From Escherichia phage GADS24, in sequence record OQ703618.1: a DNA stretch of 64,000 bases. One strand, given 5' to 3'. The notes under the pieces are model-generated. The model did no database searches. It worked only from the letters and a program-made list of their open reading frames with translations, and was not told where the DNA came from. Position 1 is the stretch's first letter, and every line of letters starts with the position of its first letter. Shown here piece by piece: positions 1-8,267 of the stretch. Position numbers and translations under genes: made by a program.

Positions 1-297
1 GCGAACTGCATAACCGGATACACGGATGGTCAGCTGCGGATATTTTTCCGGATGCTTAACTGCATCTTCCAGAGTTTCACGACGCAGAACGTTAACGTTC
101 AGGTGTTGACCACCTTCAATTTTAACTTTAGGTTGATGTTCAATTTCAATTTCACGGGCATTCAAACCGTAGAAAATTTCCGGGTCTACAATAGCGTCTT
201 CTTTAAAAGTCTTAGAGACGATAATCCGGGCTTGAGTACCGTCTTCAAAATAAATAGTGCCTTTATGTGCACCTTCAAGAATTTGATATGCTTTCAT
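1..297 (-). CDS. GrcA/YfiD-like autonomous glycyl-radical cofactor (T4 Y06I-like); 3' end beyond window start
   Basis: Minus-strand ORF from ATG at 295-297 with GAGG SD; translation ends ...[40 protein letters not shown], matching the E. coli GrcA glycyl-radical motif; frame runs off the window edge. Confidence 0.8.
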   Translation of the reverse strand, partial: MKAYQILEGAHKGTIYFEDGTQARIIVSKTFKEDAIVDPEIFYGLNAREIEIEHQPKVKIEGGQHLNVNVLRRETLEDAVKHPEKYPQLTIRVSGYAVR

Positions 298-303
298 ATA
301 ACC

Positions 304-612
304 TCAATTAGAAAATAAATTTATCCAAGTCTTTTCTTTAATCAAAAATGGGTCGGAATTAAACGCCATTAAACTTTGAGTGATTAATCCCTTAAATGGC
401 CCATCAATAAATTCCATTTTGAAATGCGGAATACTAGTCATTAACCGTGTATTAGGAGCAGTACAAAGAACATGCTGCCCTGCGAACGGACCTTTAGTCA
501 AACGATATCGTTTAGGTTTAAAATGGTAGATCTCGTAATTTTCTACAAGAGCCCTTTTATTGCATACTGGGCTGTTATAACAATACTCAAAAACTTCAAT
601 AGTGGTCATCAT
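304..612 (-). CDS. hypothetical protein (102 aa)
   Basis: ORF track 304..675; likely start at ATG 610-612, which overlaps the upstream TGA (ATGATGA). Confidence 0.45.
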   Translation of the reverse strand: MMTTIEVFEYCYNSPVCNKRALVENYEIYHFKPKRYRLTKGPFAGQHVLCTAPNTRLMTSIPHFKMEFIDGPFKGLITQSLMAFNSDPFLIKEKTWINLFSN

Positions 613-1148
613 TGCATTCCAATCACAAAAAATTGAGGACGAGCAATACCGCCGATGCAATATTTGCTTTTGCAACAGTACTGTACTGATTTAATATGGA
701 CATTGTAAATCTTATCCATATCAGGAGCTTTAATAGGCTCGTCAATTATATACAGAATACGAGAAAGCGTTAATCCACGGAATTTAGAACCTTCATTGCC
801 AATAAAACTACGGACAGAATCAGTAAATAAACGGAATCGAATATCGTCGCTAGAATAACGAGAAAATTCTTTTTTAATATTGTCAGCAGAAATTTTAGAA
901 TAAGCTGAAGTATTAGAAAGAACAATAACTGTTCCACCATCGTGCAGCCAATTAACGGCAAAATTAGTTACTGCAGTTGATTTACCGGATTGTCTGCCAC
1001 CATCTAAACGAAGTGTACAGTACTGCTTGAGTACGTCTTCAAATGGTGGGATATAACCGTTCTTACAAATTTCTTCTACTCTAGCATCAGAATGGTGTGT
1101 AAAAGCATTCATCAGGGATAGATAAGGTCCAGTTAAAAATGTTCTCAT
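609..1148 (-). CDS. P-loop NTPase-like hypothetical protein
   Basis: Walker A-like GGRQSGKST and Walker B-like ILYIIDE; start moved to ATG 1146-1148 preceded by AAGAGAAATAAT SD-like sequence. Confidence 0.5.
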   Translation of the reverse strand: MRTFLTGPYLSLMNAFTHHSDARVEEICKNGYIPPFEDVLKQYCTLRLDGGRQSGKSTAVTNFAVNWLHDGGTVIVLSNTSAYSKISADNIKKEFSRYSSDDIRFRLFTDSVRSFIGNEGSKFRGLTLSRILYIIDEPIKAPDMDKIYNVHIKSVQYCCKSKYCIGGIARPQFFVIGMQ

Positions 1149-1320
1149 ATTATTTCTCTTAAGGTTTGGGCCATTCCGTGGCACATGTTATGTCCTTCGA
1201 CTCGCTATGTAAACCCATTACCGCATTGCGCTCGACCTTATTACAGGTTGGAAAAGGTACATCACTCAGAGGACTCGACGTTCATGAGGAGAGGTTGCGT
1301 TTCCCTTTATTAGGCAAGAA

Positions 1321-1650
1321 TTATACTCTAGGCTTTTGAGCTTGTTTGGTATTGGATTCCCATGCGGCTTTGGTAATTTTGTTAGCGGCATAACCAAAGG
1401 CATTAGATAGAACACCTTTAGAGTTGAATACATCCAATCCAATAAGTACACCGGCTGTGTTAAATTTAGGAGCAAAGTACGCATTAGTTTTAGAAAGAGC
1501 TTTTTTCAATTCAGGGTCTTGAACCAAGCCATCAAAAATGCCTTTACTATTTACTTTATATGTTACTTTGGGATTTTTACCTTCTTCGATAGCAGCTTTC
1601 TGTTCCGCAGATAATGTAACTTCAGTGATAAACTCTTGATATGTTTTCAT
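1321..1650 (-). CDS. internal protein (IP)-like, capsid-targeting N-terminus
   Basis: Begins MKTYQEFITE, as in T4 IPI/II/III; AGGAA SD; lies in the denV/e neighbourhood. Confidence 0.65.
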   Translation of the reverse strand: MKTYQEFITEVTLSAEQKAAIEEGKNPKVTYKVNSKGIFDGLVQDPELKKALSKTNAYFAPKFNTAGVLIGLDVFNSKGVLSNAFGYAANKITKAAWESNTKQAQKPRV

Positions 1651-1675
1651 TTTGTTCCTATTGTTTTAATTTATG

Positions 1676-1990
1676 TTATTCTTTAGGGAAGTTTTTAGAG
1701 TATGCATCGTAAAGTTTATTACCAATACGGCGGAAGACTTTAGCTGCAAAACGGTTTTCAGGGTTTTTAATCATGATTTGCATCATGTAAGTTCCTGCAT
1801 CCGAAAGAGCTTCTTCATAGTACCCATTAATTTCTTTAAGAGTCCTACGTTTACCACCAGGACCATCAACAGTAATTTTCCATTTACCTGTAGAAGTGCG
1901 GCTCGGTGGCTCAACTTGTTCAATCCAAATATAACCACCTTCAACGCGTTGGTTGGCGGATTCTGCAATAAATTCTTTATACGTTTTCAT
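1676..1990 (-). CDS. internal protein (IP)-like, capsid-targeting N-terminus
   Basis: Begins MKTYKEFIAE; AAGGAAA SD; GTTTAC-18-TATAAT promoter upstream. Confidence 0.65.
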   Translation of the reverse strand: MKTYKEFIAESANQRVEGGYIWIEQVEPPSRTSTGKWKITVDGPGGKRRTLKEINGYYEEALSDAGTYMMQIMIKNPENRFAAKVFRRIGNKLYDAYSKNFPKE

Positions 1991-2018
1991 TTTTGTTTCC
2001 TTGTTTGTTTTGATAAAG

Positions 2019-2051
2019 TAATTATACTATATTAATACTTAAGCGTAAACA
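2019..2051 (-). promoter_or_regulatory. sigma70/T4 early-type promoter (GTTTAC -35, 18 nt, TATAAT -10)
   Basis: Minus strand reads GTTTAC (rc of 2045-2050), 18-nt spacer, TATAAT (rc of 2021-2026); upstream of IP-like gene 1676..1990. Confidence 0.5.
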
Positions 2052-2053
2052 AT

Positions 2054-2314
2054 TTAAGCTTTACCGCCAGAAATAATTCCGAAGTTGTTAAAATCGTATC
2101 CAATATCGTCAACATCTACTTTAGGGCTTGCTACAACATAAGCAATTTCACTACGTTTTGCATAGGTGTTGATTTCTTTACCATCGCCACCTAAGAAAAA
2201 ATACCCATTACGTTTTAATGAGCCAAAGTCTTCCGCATCACCAATGAAAGCTTTAACTTTAAATTTAGGACCTTTGGCATCTGCTTCAGCGATAAATTCT
2301 TGATACATTTTCAT
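2054..2314 (-). CDS. internal protein (IP)-like, capsid-targeting N-terminus
   Basis: Begins MKMYQEFIAE; SD AAGGA overlaps the denV stop. Confidence 0.65.
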   Translation of the reverse strand: MKMYQEFIAEADAKGPKFKVKAFIGDAEDFGSLKRNGYFFLGGDGKEINTYAKRSEIAYVVASPKVDVDDIGYDFNNFGIISGGKA

Positions 2315-2320
2315 TTTTCC

Positions 2321-2734
2321 TTAGTAAATTGATTTACCATAGTATTTGTACCAAGTAGGACGTTGAGCAATTTTTTCATCTAAGCGTGCTTGACTTATCG
2401 CAATGGACGCTTCGGACGGGACATAATTATTACGAAATTCGGCAGGGATGTCGGAAATATCCTGGACAGTCGTGTCCTTGATTTTGAAACCACGTTTCAA
2501 GCATTCAGCGATTAGCTCGATTTGACGTAAACGTAAAAATTCGAGTTTGTCGTAAAAGAATGTTACGTGACCTGTGCCTAAGATAAATGTTGGAGAGATT
2601 TTAAAATCCTTTACACGTTTACCGTTTTGAACATGTTTACGGACTGCACCAAATACGCGTGGTAATTCACGATACTCAGCCATAAGATGTTGGTCGGTCA
2701 GTTCAGAAACAAGTGTTAAATTGATACGAGTCAT
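2321..2734 (-). CDS. denV: endonuclease V (pyrimidine-dimer DNA glycosylase)
   Basis: [12 protein letters not shown]...[19 protein letters not shown]...[10 protein letters not shown] matches T4 DenV; start placed at MTRINL ATG (2732-2734) with GGAGGA SD. Confidence 0.9.
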   Translation of the reverse strand: MTRINLTLVSELTDQHLMAEYRELPRVFGAVRKHVQNGKRVKDFKISPTFILGTGHVTFFYDKLEFLRLRQIELIAECLKRGFKIKDTTVQDISDIPAEFRNNYVPSEASIAISQARLDEKIAQRPTWYKYYGKSIY

Positions 2735-2792
2735 AATTTCCTCCAAGTAGTTGATGAATGTATAGTATCAAAGTCCTTGGAGGAAGTAAACA

Positions 2793-3074
2793 CTATTTTT
2801 CTGAAGCGCCTGAAATATATTTTTCAAGACGTTGTTTCATCAGCGAGCCGTTCTTAGCGATTTCTTCCGGTTTATCGCACATACGCAACAAGGCTTCAAG
2901 CTTAACGATATCGCTGGTACGTTCAAATTTGCGAGTATCTATCTTACTAGCAAGTTCAGAAATACGTGCTAATAGACTTTCGGCTTCAACCAAAGCTGCA
3001 CCTAGCTTAGTTGCAAATGTGTCAGTAGCTTCGTTAAGAATAGATTCTGATAAAAATTCACTATATGTTTTCAT
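2793..3074 (-). CDS. internal protein (IP)-like, capsid-targeting N-terminus
   Basis: Begins [10 protein letters not shown] at ATG 3072-3074, overlapping the e stop (ATGA); ORF track has a 5-codon upstream extension. Confidence 0.65.
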   Translation of the reverse strand: MKTYSEFLSESILNEATDTFATKLGAALVEAESLLARISELASKIDTRKFERTSDIVKLEALLRMCDKPEEIAKNGSLMKQRLEKYISGASEK

Positions 3075-3559
3075 ATATACGCTTTCCAAGTTCCTGTTTT
3101 AAATGTTGAGATTACGCGTTTCGCGCGATTAGGTGTCTGACGATACCATTTAGATTGGGCTAGATTTACTGCCGCTTCATCCCAACGTTTCTGTTGAAGC
3201 ATACGAAGAGAATTAGTAAAACCAGCGACGCCTGCTACACCCATTTGGAAGACCATATTGACCAATGCACATCGACGAACCGCATCTAAAGAATCATATA
3301 CCGGTTTAAGTTTAGCATTACCCAAGATTCCGCGAACGGCTTTATCAACGTCTTCATTAAATAGCTTTTCAGCCTCATCAAGGGTAATTGTACCGTTGCA
3401 TTTACGTCCGATCATTCTGTCAAGTTCAGCTTTAGCTACGGCTAAAGACGGGTTCTTTGTTACTAAATGGCCTATGCCAATCGTCCAAAAGCCTTCAGTG
3501 TCTTTGTATAAAGACAGTCTAAGACCTTCGTCATTACGAAGCATTTCAAATATATTCAT
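3071..3559 (-). CDS. e: endolysin (T4 lysozyme, muramidase)
   Basis: [15 protein letters not shown]...TIGIGHL...TGTW near-identical to T4 lysozyme; start at MNIF ATG (3557-3559) with GGGAGG SD. Confidence 0.95.
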   Translation of the reverse strand: MNIFEMLRNDEGLRLSLYKDTEGFWTIGIGHLVTKNPSLAVAKAELDRMIGRKCNGTITLDEAEKLFNEDVDKAVRGILGNAKLKPVYDSLDAVRRCALVNMVFQMGVAGVAGFTNSLRMLQQKRWDEAAVNLAQSKWYRQTPNRAKRVISTFKTGTWKAYI

Positions 3560-3596
3560 AATACCTCCCACGTTTATAGGAGGTATTTATTACTTA
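3560..3596 (-). promoter_or_regulatory. RBS-sequestering stem-loop upstream of e with TATAAACG/TATAAGTA late-promoter-like motifs
   Basis: 8-bp inverted repeat ATACCTCC (3561-3568) / GGAGGTAT (3578-3585) includes the e Shine-Dalgarno; minus strand carries TATAAACG in the loop. Confidence 0.45.
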
Positions 3597-4052
3597 TAGG
3601 AGGGTAGTGAGCACCTTATATAATGATTTGCCCATTACATATTCCCATTGAGAAGGTTTAATTAAAGCGAATGCATCAAATTCAGGAATCTGTCGTCCGT
3701 CTGGGAAGGTATGATAGGAATTACAAACACTGTTTCTGAATTGCTCGTGCTCTACAGGGATGGTATATAGGAACAGATGAATATTCTTATTGTCTGAGTA
3801 ATGATGTTCACCTAGGTCTTTCAGGAAGGCAGGGACATATTGTGTGAACCCAGTTTCTTCTTCGCATTCACGAATAGCGGCTTCAATAGGAGATTCACCG
3901 GGCTCGACACGACCTTTAGGAATATCCCACCGATGAGCTAAAGAACCTTTAGGACGAGAACCAGTTACACGCCCCATGAATAATTCTTTATCTTCTGTAA
4001 GGAAAATAATACCGGCCGATAGTTCTTTCACTTTATTTTTCTTACTCATCAT
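3594..4052 (-). CDS. nudE: Nudix hydrolase
   Basis: Nudix box GRVEPGESPIEAAIRECEEETG (Gx5Ex7REUxEExGU); immediately downstream of e on minus strand as in T4. Confidence 0.85.
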   Translation of the reverse strand: MMSKKNKVKELSAGIIFLTEDKELFMGRVTGSRPKGSLAHRWDIPKGRVEPGESPIEAAIRECEEETGFTQYVPAFLKDLGEHHYSDNKNIHLFLYTIPVEHEQFRNSVCNSYHTFPDGRQIPEFDAFALIKPSQWEYVMGKSLYKVLTTLL

Positions 4053-4278
4053 CTCGGTCCCATGATTTGGACATTAATTCGGACATAAATTCTTCAATGC
4101 GCGTTTCTTTAGATGGACTTTCACTATCAGATATTTGGACCATATAATCAGAAATAGGTCGGAACATATCCAAGTCGCTTTCTAAATCTTCTTTGATTTT
4201 CTCTTCTGACGTTCCGGTATCATAGGAATACAGATAAGAATCACATGATTCTGATTTAATGTAAATTGCTATACTCAT
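4042..4278 (-). CDS. hypothetical small acidic protein
   Basis: ORF track 4042..4293; likely start at ATG overlapping upstream TGA (ATGA) with AGGAA SD. Confidence 0.4.
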   Translation of the reverse strand: MSIAIYIKSESCDSYLYSYDTGTSEEKIKEDLESDLDMFRPISDYMVQISDSESPSKETRIEEFMSELMSKSWDRDDE

Positions 4279-4766
4279 CTCAAATTCCTGCATTCGGTAA
4301 TAAAACGTTCAACTTCATTATTCTTGGCTTTTATCTTGTCTTTACGTTCCTGTAAACTACTTTTAATAAGACTAATAATGATGCCTATAGTACCTCCACC
4401 AATAATACCACCAACAACACTTATGATACTAGATGCTAATAAGATAGCGATAATATCAACAAAACCGAAAGAACTCACCTTAGTACTAAAAAACCATACC
4501 GACGGTACAAATATAATCCATCCTGTTATCCATTGGCACTTATTGAAAAACTTTTCAAGCTCAGCTTGAGTTGTTCGTATTACTTCATCGATAGGTTGAT
4601 ATCCATTAATGTATCTGTTCACGATAATACCTGCTGGCTGGTCGATTTTAAATTCTTGGCAAATACGTTTCACTAAGTAGGATGGACATCCTGTCCAATC
4701 TACTGAATAGTATGAAATACCTTCATTGCCATCGTCTATATTAGACCAATATGTTTTGTTAATCAT
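4275..4766 (-). CDS. hypothetical membrane protein with C-terminal FIxECR tail
   Basis: Hydrophobic, Gly-rich C-terminal half; ends ...ERFITECRNLR; start overlaps upstream stop (TAATG). Confidence 0.5.
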   Translation of the reverse strand: MINKTYWSNIDDGNEGISYYSVDWTGCPSYLVKRICQEFKIDQPAGIIVNRYINGYQPIDEVIRTTQAELEKFFNKCQWITGWIIFVPSVWFFSTKVSSFGFVDIIAILLASSIISVVGGIIGGGTIGIIISLIKSSLQERKDKIKAKNNEVERFITECRNLR

Positions 4767-5452
4767 TACCAGCCTTCCATAGGGAATTCCAGATAAACTT
4801 GAGCATTGACACGAATTTCATTGGTAATCTTTTTAACTCGGTCTGTATTACGAGATACACGTCCGAACCAACGCCACCCATTACTAATTGCACGAGAACC
4901 AGTGTGCCATGTTTGCCAATCAAACTGAAGAAGAGTACGATCTGGAGCTTCCCATTTCTCTAGTTCACCTTTTTCAATTTTTTCGAGGACTTCTTTGTGC
5001 CACTGACGATAGATAAGTTCGCCATCAGGAATCTGACTGAACTCTGCAGTTCCTGTTGCAAAATGAGTAGGACACACGTCAGCGTTAACAAGACCAAGAA
5101 TATGTTCAGAATGGTAACGAGGGTTATCATAATCAGGTTGTCCTGCAGTAATAAAGTGTTGACCAACCGGAATATCCGGTCGTGGTACATCATCATGGTG
5201 ATAACCTGGGATAGCAGGGTACCAACCAGGCATCAGCATGTGGACTCGTGAATCAAATACAACCTGGTCGGTGTTCCAATCATCTGGCAAGTTCATGATG
5301 AAGCTGCGAGTAATAGGACCACCATTATTATAAGCAAATTCTAAACTACAGTTGAAGAACATAGGCTCGTTTTTAATCTGGTCATTTTTAATCGCGTGAG
5401 CAAAACCACCTACTGCACGAGCTTGACTATTAAACACTTTAGAACTATTCAT
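4766..5452 (-). CDS. hypothetical protein, His/Asp-rich (possible metal-binding)
   Basis: 228-aa ORF containing GYHHDD...H...H; GAGG SD. Confidence 0.5.
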   Translation of the reverse strand: MNSSKVFNSQARAVGGFAHAIKNDQIKNEPMFFNCSLEFAYNNGGPITRSFIMNLPDDWNTDQVVFDSRVHMLMPGWYPAIPGYHHDDVPRPDIPVGQHFITAGQPDYDNPRYHSEHILGLVNADVCPTHFATGTAEFSQIPDGELIYRQWHKEVLEKIEKGELEKWEAPDRTLLQFDWQTWHTGSRAISNGWRWFGRVSRNTDRVKKITNEIRVNAQVYLEFPMEGW

Positions 5453-5453
5453 A

Positions 5454-5759
5454 TTATTTTCCTCGACATTCTTTAATGAAATTTTCTAGATTGGTAGATT
5501 CAATAGCTTTTTTACGAGCTTCTGCGTGTTCTTCTTCGGACAATTTACGTTTATAATTGACCCAGACATTATGGTCGAAACCAGACGTGGCATATAATAA
5601 CAAAGCTCCGACGAATAATAAAAACGGTGATAAGAATACAAAACCAGGAACACCATCCATATCGTAAGCCTTTTGTAATACTGCAACAGAAAGAGATGCG
5701 TAAAAAGGTGATGCAAGTATTGTTAAAAGACCGATTCGATTGGTTTCTGTTAATTTCAT
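5454..5759 (-). CDS. hypothetical membrane protein with C-terminal ENFIKECR tail
   Basis: Two predicted TM segments; ends ...LENFIKECRGK; CATGAGGAGAATATT-ATG RBS; promoter/stem-loop cassette upstream. Confidence 0.5.
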   Translation of the reverse strand: MKLTETNRIGLLTILASPFYASLSVAVLQKAYDMDGVPGFVFLSPFLLFVGALLLYATSGFDHNVWVNYKRKLSEEEHAEARKKAIESTNLENFIKECRGK

Positions 5760-5826
5760 AATATTCTCCTCATGTTTTAATAGGACTACTATAACATAGT
5801 CCTATAATTGTGTAAACAGTTTTGTG
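5760..5826 (-). promoter_or_regulatory. PeSL-like early promoter/stem-loop cassette
   Basis: Minus strand: GTTTAC (rc 5812-5817), 18 nt, TATAGT; 8-bp perfect inverted repeat TAGGACTA (5781-5788)/TAGTCCTA (5798-5805); conserved RBS CATGAGGAGAATATTATG. Confidence 0.55.
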
Positions 5827-5829
5827 AAG

Positions 5830-6786
5830 TTATTTGAAAGGTTTTACCATATGGAAATTTTGTTTGAAACGTTTGACGTAATCGTCATGTCCTAAGCTTT
5901 GGTACATACTTACTACTTTGCTGTAGTTTTCCCAGGCATACTCACGGAACCAGCCGGAGGTTATGCTTGTGCAGACTTTTTCTAATGCCATCATAAAACT
6001 GGCTTCAGGGTTAATTTTAAAGTCATTAGGAATCTGAGAACGTTCTAATGCTAGTACACATGATTCTTCATATACACCGGCCAATTTGACCATTTCTGGT
6101 AATGATTCGAACTTCTCGCGTGAGGTCATGACTTCAGAACCGTCTTTCATATAAAATGTATACGCTGGCCGGTCTGTTAGTGCAATGGCTTCATGAATAG
6201 TATCATGGTCATATGTATAGATGTCATCTTTAAAGAACGCACTTTTAGAAGTGTCAAGAACTGGGTGAGCATAGTTCAAGGTTTCTTTCTGGCGTTTCAG
6301 CATAATTTCAGTAAGTTCATCGTTCAGTGTAACACCTTTACCACGAAGATACTGAATATGGTTCATAGTCTTTAAAAAGAATGGATTATTTTTCTTGAAA
6401 CGATGAGACATCTTAATTGCAAGACATATCTCAGGAGTTGCCCAATAAAACCCGGTCAAACGATCTTTAGTCAAATTTTTCTTGGCGTATTTTAAAAGGT
6501 CATAAGAAGACGTGAAATCTTCAGGAGTGAGTTCACCTACTAATTCGCGGACATTAGTGATTGCCGGAACAATATATGCTTCAAAATGAGTTTCGCGTCC
6601 ATTATGGAAGCATTTGAAAACTTGGACATCAGGGTTATCTTGATGAACATATACACCCATCATTTGATTTTTGAATGCATTCCAAGAACCTTGGTCTGCA
6701 ATAAAGTCCCAGTCACTATTTTTGATAGCGTTAGAATCAATAAGACCATGATAGTGAAGTGCACGAGAACCAATAACTAACATCAT
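5830..6786 (-). CDS. hypothetical protein with nucleotidyltransferase-fold-like N-terminus
   Basis: 318 aa; N-terminus LVIGSRALHYHGLIDSNAIKNSDWDFIAD resembles the hG[GS]...[DE]h[DE]h pol-beta NTase signature; GAGGAAAATATT-ATG RBS. Confidence 0.5.
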   Translation of the reverse strand: MMLVIGSRALHYHGLIDSNAIKNSDWDFIADQGSWNAFKNQMMGVYVHQDNPDVQVFKCFHNGRETHFEAYIVPAITNVRELVGELTPEDFTSSYDLLKYAKKNLTKDRLTGFYWATPEICLAIKMSHRFKKNNPFFLKTMNHIQYLRGKGVTLNDELTEIMLKRQKETLNYAHPVLDTSKSAFFKDDIYTYDHDTIHEAIALTDRPAYTFYMKDGSEVMTSREKFESLPEMVKLAGVYEESCVLALERSQIPNDFKINPEASFMMALEKVCTSITSGWFREYAWENYSKVVSMYQSLGHDDYVKRFKQNFHMVKPFK

Positions 6787-6814
6787 AATATTTTCCTCGG
6801 ATTAATTCATTAAC

Positions 6815-7054
6815 TTAAATTTCACGACATGCGATATTATATTCATCCCAGAGGTCATCATGTGAAGCCTCTACCAATGGAACGATTGTACCATTTATGT
6901 CTTCATTATAAGGGCAAATTGTGCAGTGTGCATCTTCAAATCGGATGCCTTTGTGTTCAGATTTTTTATAACGCATATCGAATATCTTTGCAAACTTTTC
7001 ACGAGTAATGGTTTTACCAACCACTTTAGTTCCTATACTTTCATAATAAATCAT
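6815..7054 (-). CDS. hypothetical protein
   Basis: ORF track 6815..7066; start likely at MIYY ATG with GGAG SD. Confidence 0.4.
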   Translation of the reverse strand: MIYYESIGTKVVGKTITREKFAKIFDMRYKKSEHKGIRFEDAHCTICPYNEDINGTIVPLVEASHDDLWDEYNIACREI

Positions 7055-7066
7055 TGTGGACTCCAT

Positions 7067-7116
7067 TTAATTTGATAGGACTACTATAACATAGCCCTAT
7101 CTTGTTGTAAACTGTT
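7067..7116 (-). promoter_or_regulatory. PeSL-like early promoter/stem-loop cassette
   Basis: TGATAGGACTACTATAACATAG core shared with cassette at 5781; GTTTAC (rc 7107-7112); imperfect stem TAGGACTA/TAGCCCTA. Confidence 0.5.
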
Positions 7117-7314
7117 TTAGCAAGAATAACTAGACGATACCCAGCCTTGAACAGTGATACTATTGTTGGATAATGAGATCGCGTTCTGGAGATTCAGACC
7201 TGCGTTATCTTCAATCCATAATGTAACTTCTTCGCGTTCTTCTGTTGCAATTTGGAACAGGTTTTCCAGAGCAGCTACTGCCGTACGTACAGCACAATCT
7301 AATTCACGAGACAT
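7117..7314 (-). CDS. small protein, GW[VI][SA]SS..C paralogue family member
   Basis: Ends ...QGWVSSSYSC; similar to the next two ORFs. Confidence 0.45.
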   Translation of the reverse strand: MSRELDCAVRTAVAALENLFQIATEEREEVTLWIEDNAGLNLQNAISLSNNSITVQGWVSSSYSC

Positions 7315-7323
7315 ATGATTTCC

Positions 7324-7596
7324 TTAGCAAGTGTGAGAAGATGCAATCCAACCACCAGTTTCGAGGCTCAGGTTGTAGTCGTATTGGTAAACGTCGGCCC
7401 ATTCAGCATAGCCGTTTTTTGTACAACGTTCAAGATCGGCTTTAAGCTGTCCGGGTGAATGATAAGTTCCACCCATACCATAAGCTGGATACAAGTCGAA
7501 TGTTGTGTTTTGTTTATCAGCGATTTCTTTGGCAGCCTCAATAGCTGCATAGATTTTTGCTACAGCTTCAGCCAGTTCGGTTTGTTCTTTAGACAT
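7324..7596 (-). CDS. small protein, GW[VI][SA]SS..C paralogue family member
   Basis: Ends ...GGWIASSHTC; junction TGCTAAGGAAATCATATG. Confidence 0.5.
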   Translation of the reverse strand: MSKEQTELAEAVAKIYAAIEAAKEIADKQNTTFDLYPAYGMGGTYHSPGQLKADLERCTKNGYAEWADVYQYDYNLSLETGGWIASSHTC

Positions 7597-7605
7597 AATG
7601 ATTCC

Positions 7606-7911
7606 TTAGCACAAAGCAGAAGACGAAACCCAAGCACCTTCAGTAATAACGTAACCATTACCTTCACGCTTAACATCGCCACCATTATTTTCAATTTCAT
7701 TTTTCATCCACTGGGATACGATTTCACCCTTAGGATAATAAGTACGACCGCTACCATAATCACCTACAGAAAATGATACGGCATATTGGTCTGCGATCTT
7801 TGTTGCTTCTTCTTCGATACGTTCAGCTTGATTCAGAAGTTTATAAATTGCATCTGAAGCGGATTTGGCATCGTTAAACTCTGGTACTTTAATTTCAATA
7901 ATCTTACTCAT
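7606..7911 (-). CDS. small protein, GW[VI][SA]SS..C paralogue family member
   Basis: Ends ...GAWVSSSALC; start overlaps upstream stop (ATGA). Confidence 0.5.
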   Translation of the reverse strand: MSKIIEIKVPEFNDAKSASDAIYKLLNQAERIEEEATKIADQYAVSFSVGDYGSGRTYYPKGEIVSQWMKNEIENNGGDVKREGNGYVITEGAWVSSSALC

Positions 7912-8267
7912 TTTCTACATTCCTTAATAAAGTTTTCGATTGTTTCATTTTCACGTTTAGCTAAAAGTTCATTATAACTAACCATTTGAGAAGCGTAAAC
8001 CTTTTTATTTTTCTTGTTATGGTTTATAAAATCGTAGTAAAAATAGACTACAGTACAAAATGATGCGATGGATGCAAAGGCTTGGGTATACCGTAAGTCC
8101 TGCCATTGGTCTGTGAATCCACCAGTGTTCCCTATAAATCCTAACACAACGCCGTCAATAAGAAATCCAACTAATCCAAAGGCAAATCCCATGCCAATAC
8201 TCATAATAAAAATTAGAATGTTCTCACCAAGAGAAGGCCGTACGGTTAAGAGTTGAGGCTTTTGCAT
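7908..8267 (-). CDS. hypothetical membrane protein with C-terminal ENFIKECR tail
   Basis: Hydrophobic N-terminal half; ends ...IENFIKECRK. Confidence 0.5.
   Translation of the reverse strand: MQKPQLLTVRPSLGENILIFIMSIGMGFAFGLVGFLIDGVVLGFIGNTGGFTDQWQDLRYTQAFASIASFCTVVYFYYDFINHNKKNKKVYASQMVSYNELLAKRENETIENFIKECRK

Noticed and set aside
52-318. Plus-strand 88-aa ORF
   Set aside because: Lies antisense to the strongly supported GrcA-like gene and has no RBS
1673-2035. Plus-strand 120-aa ORF
   Set aside because: Antisense to an IP-like gene with conserved N-terminus and SD; low-complexity translation
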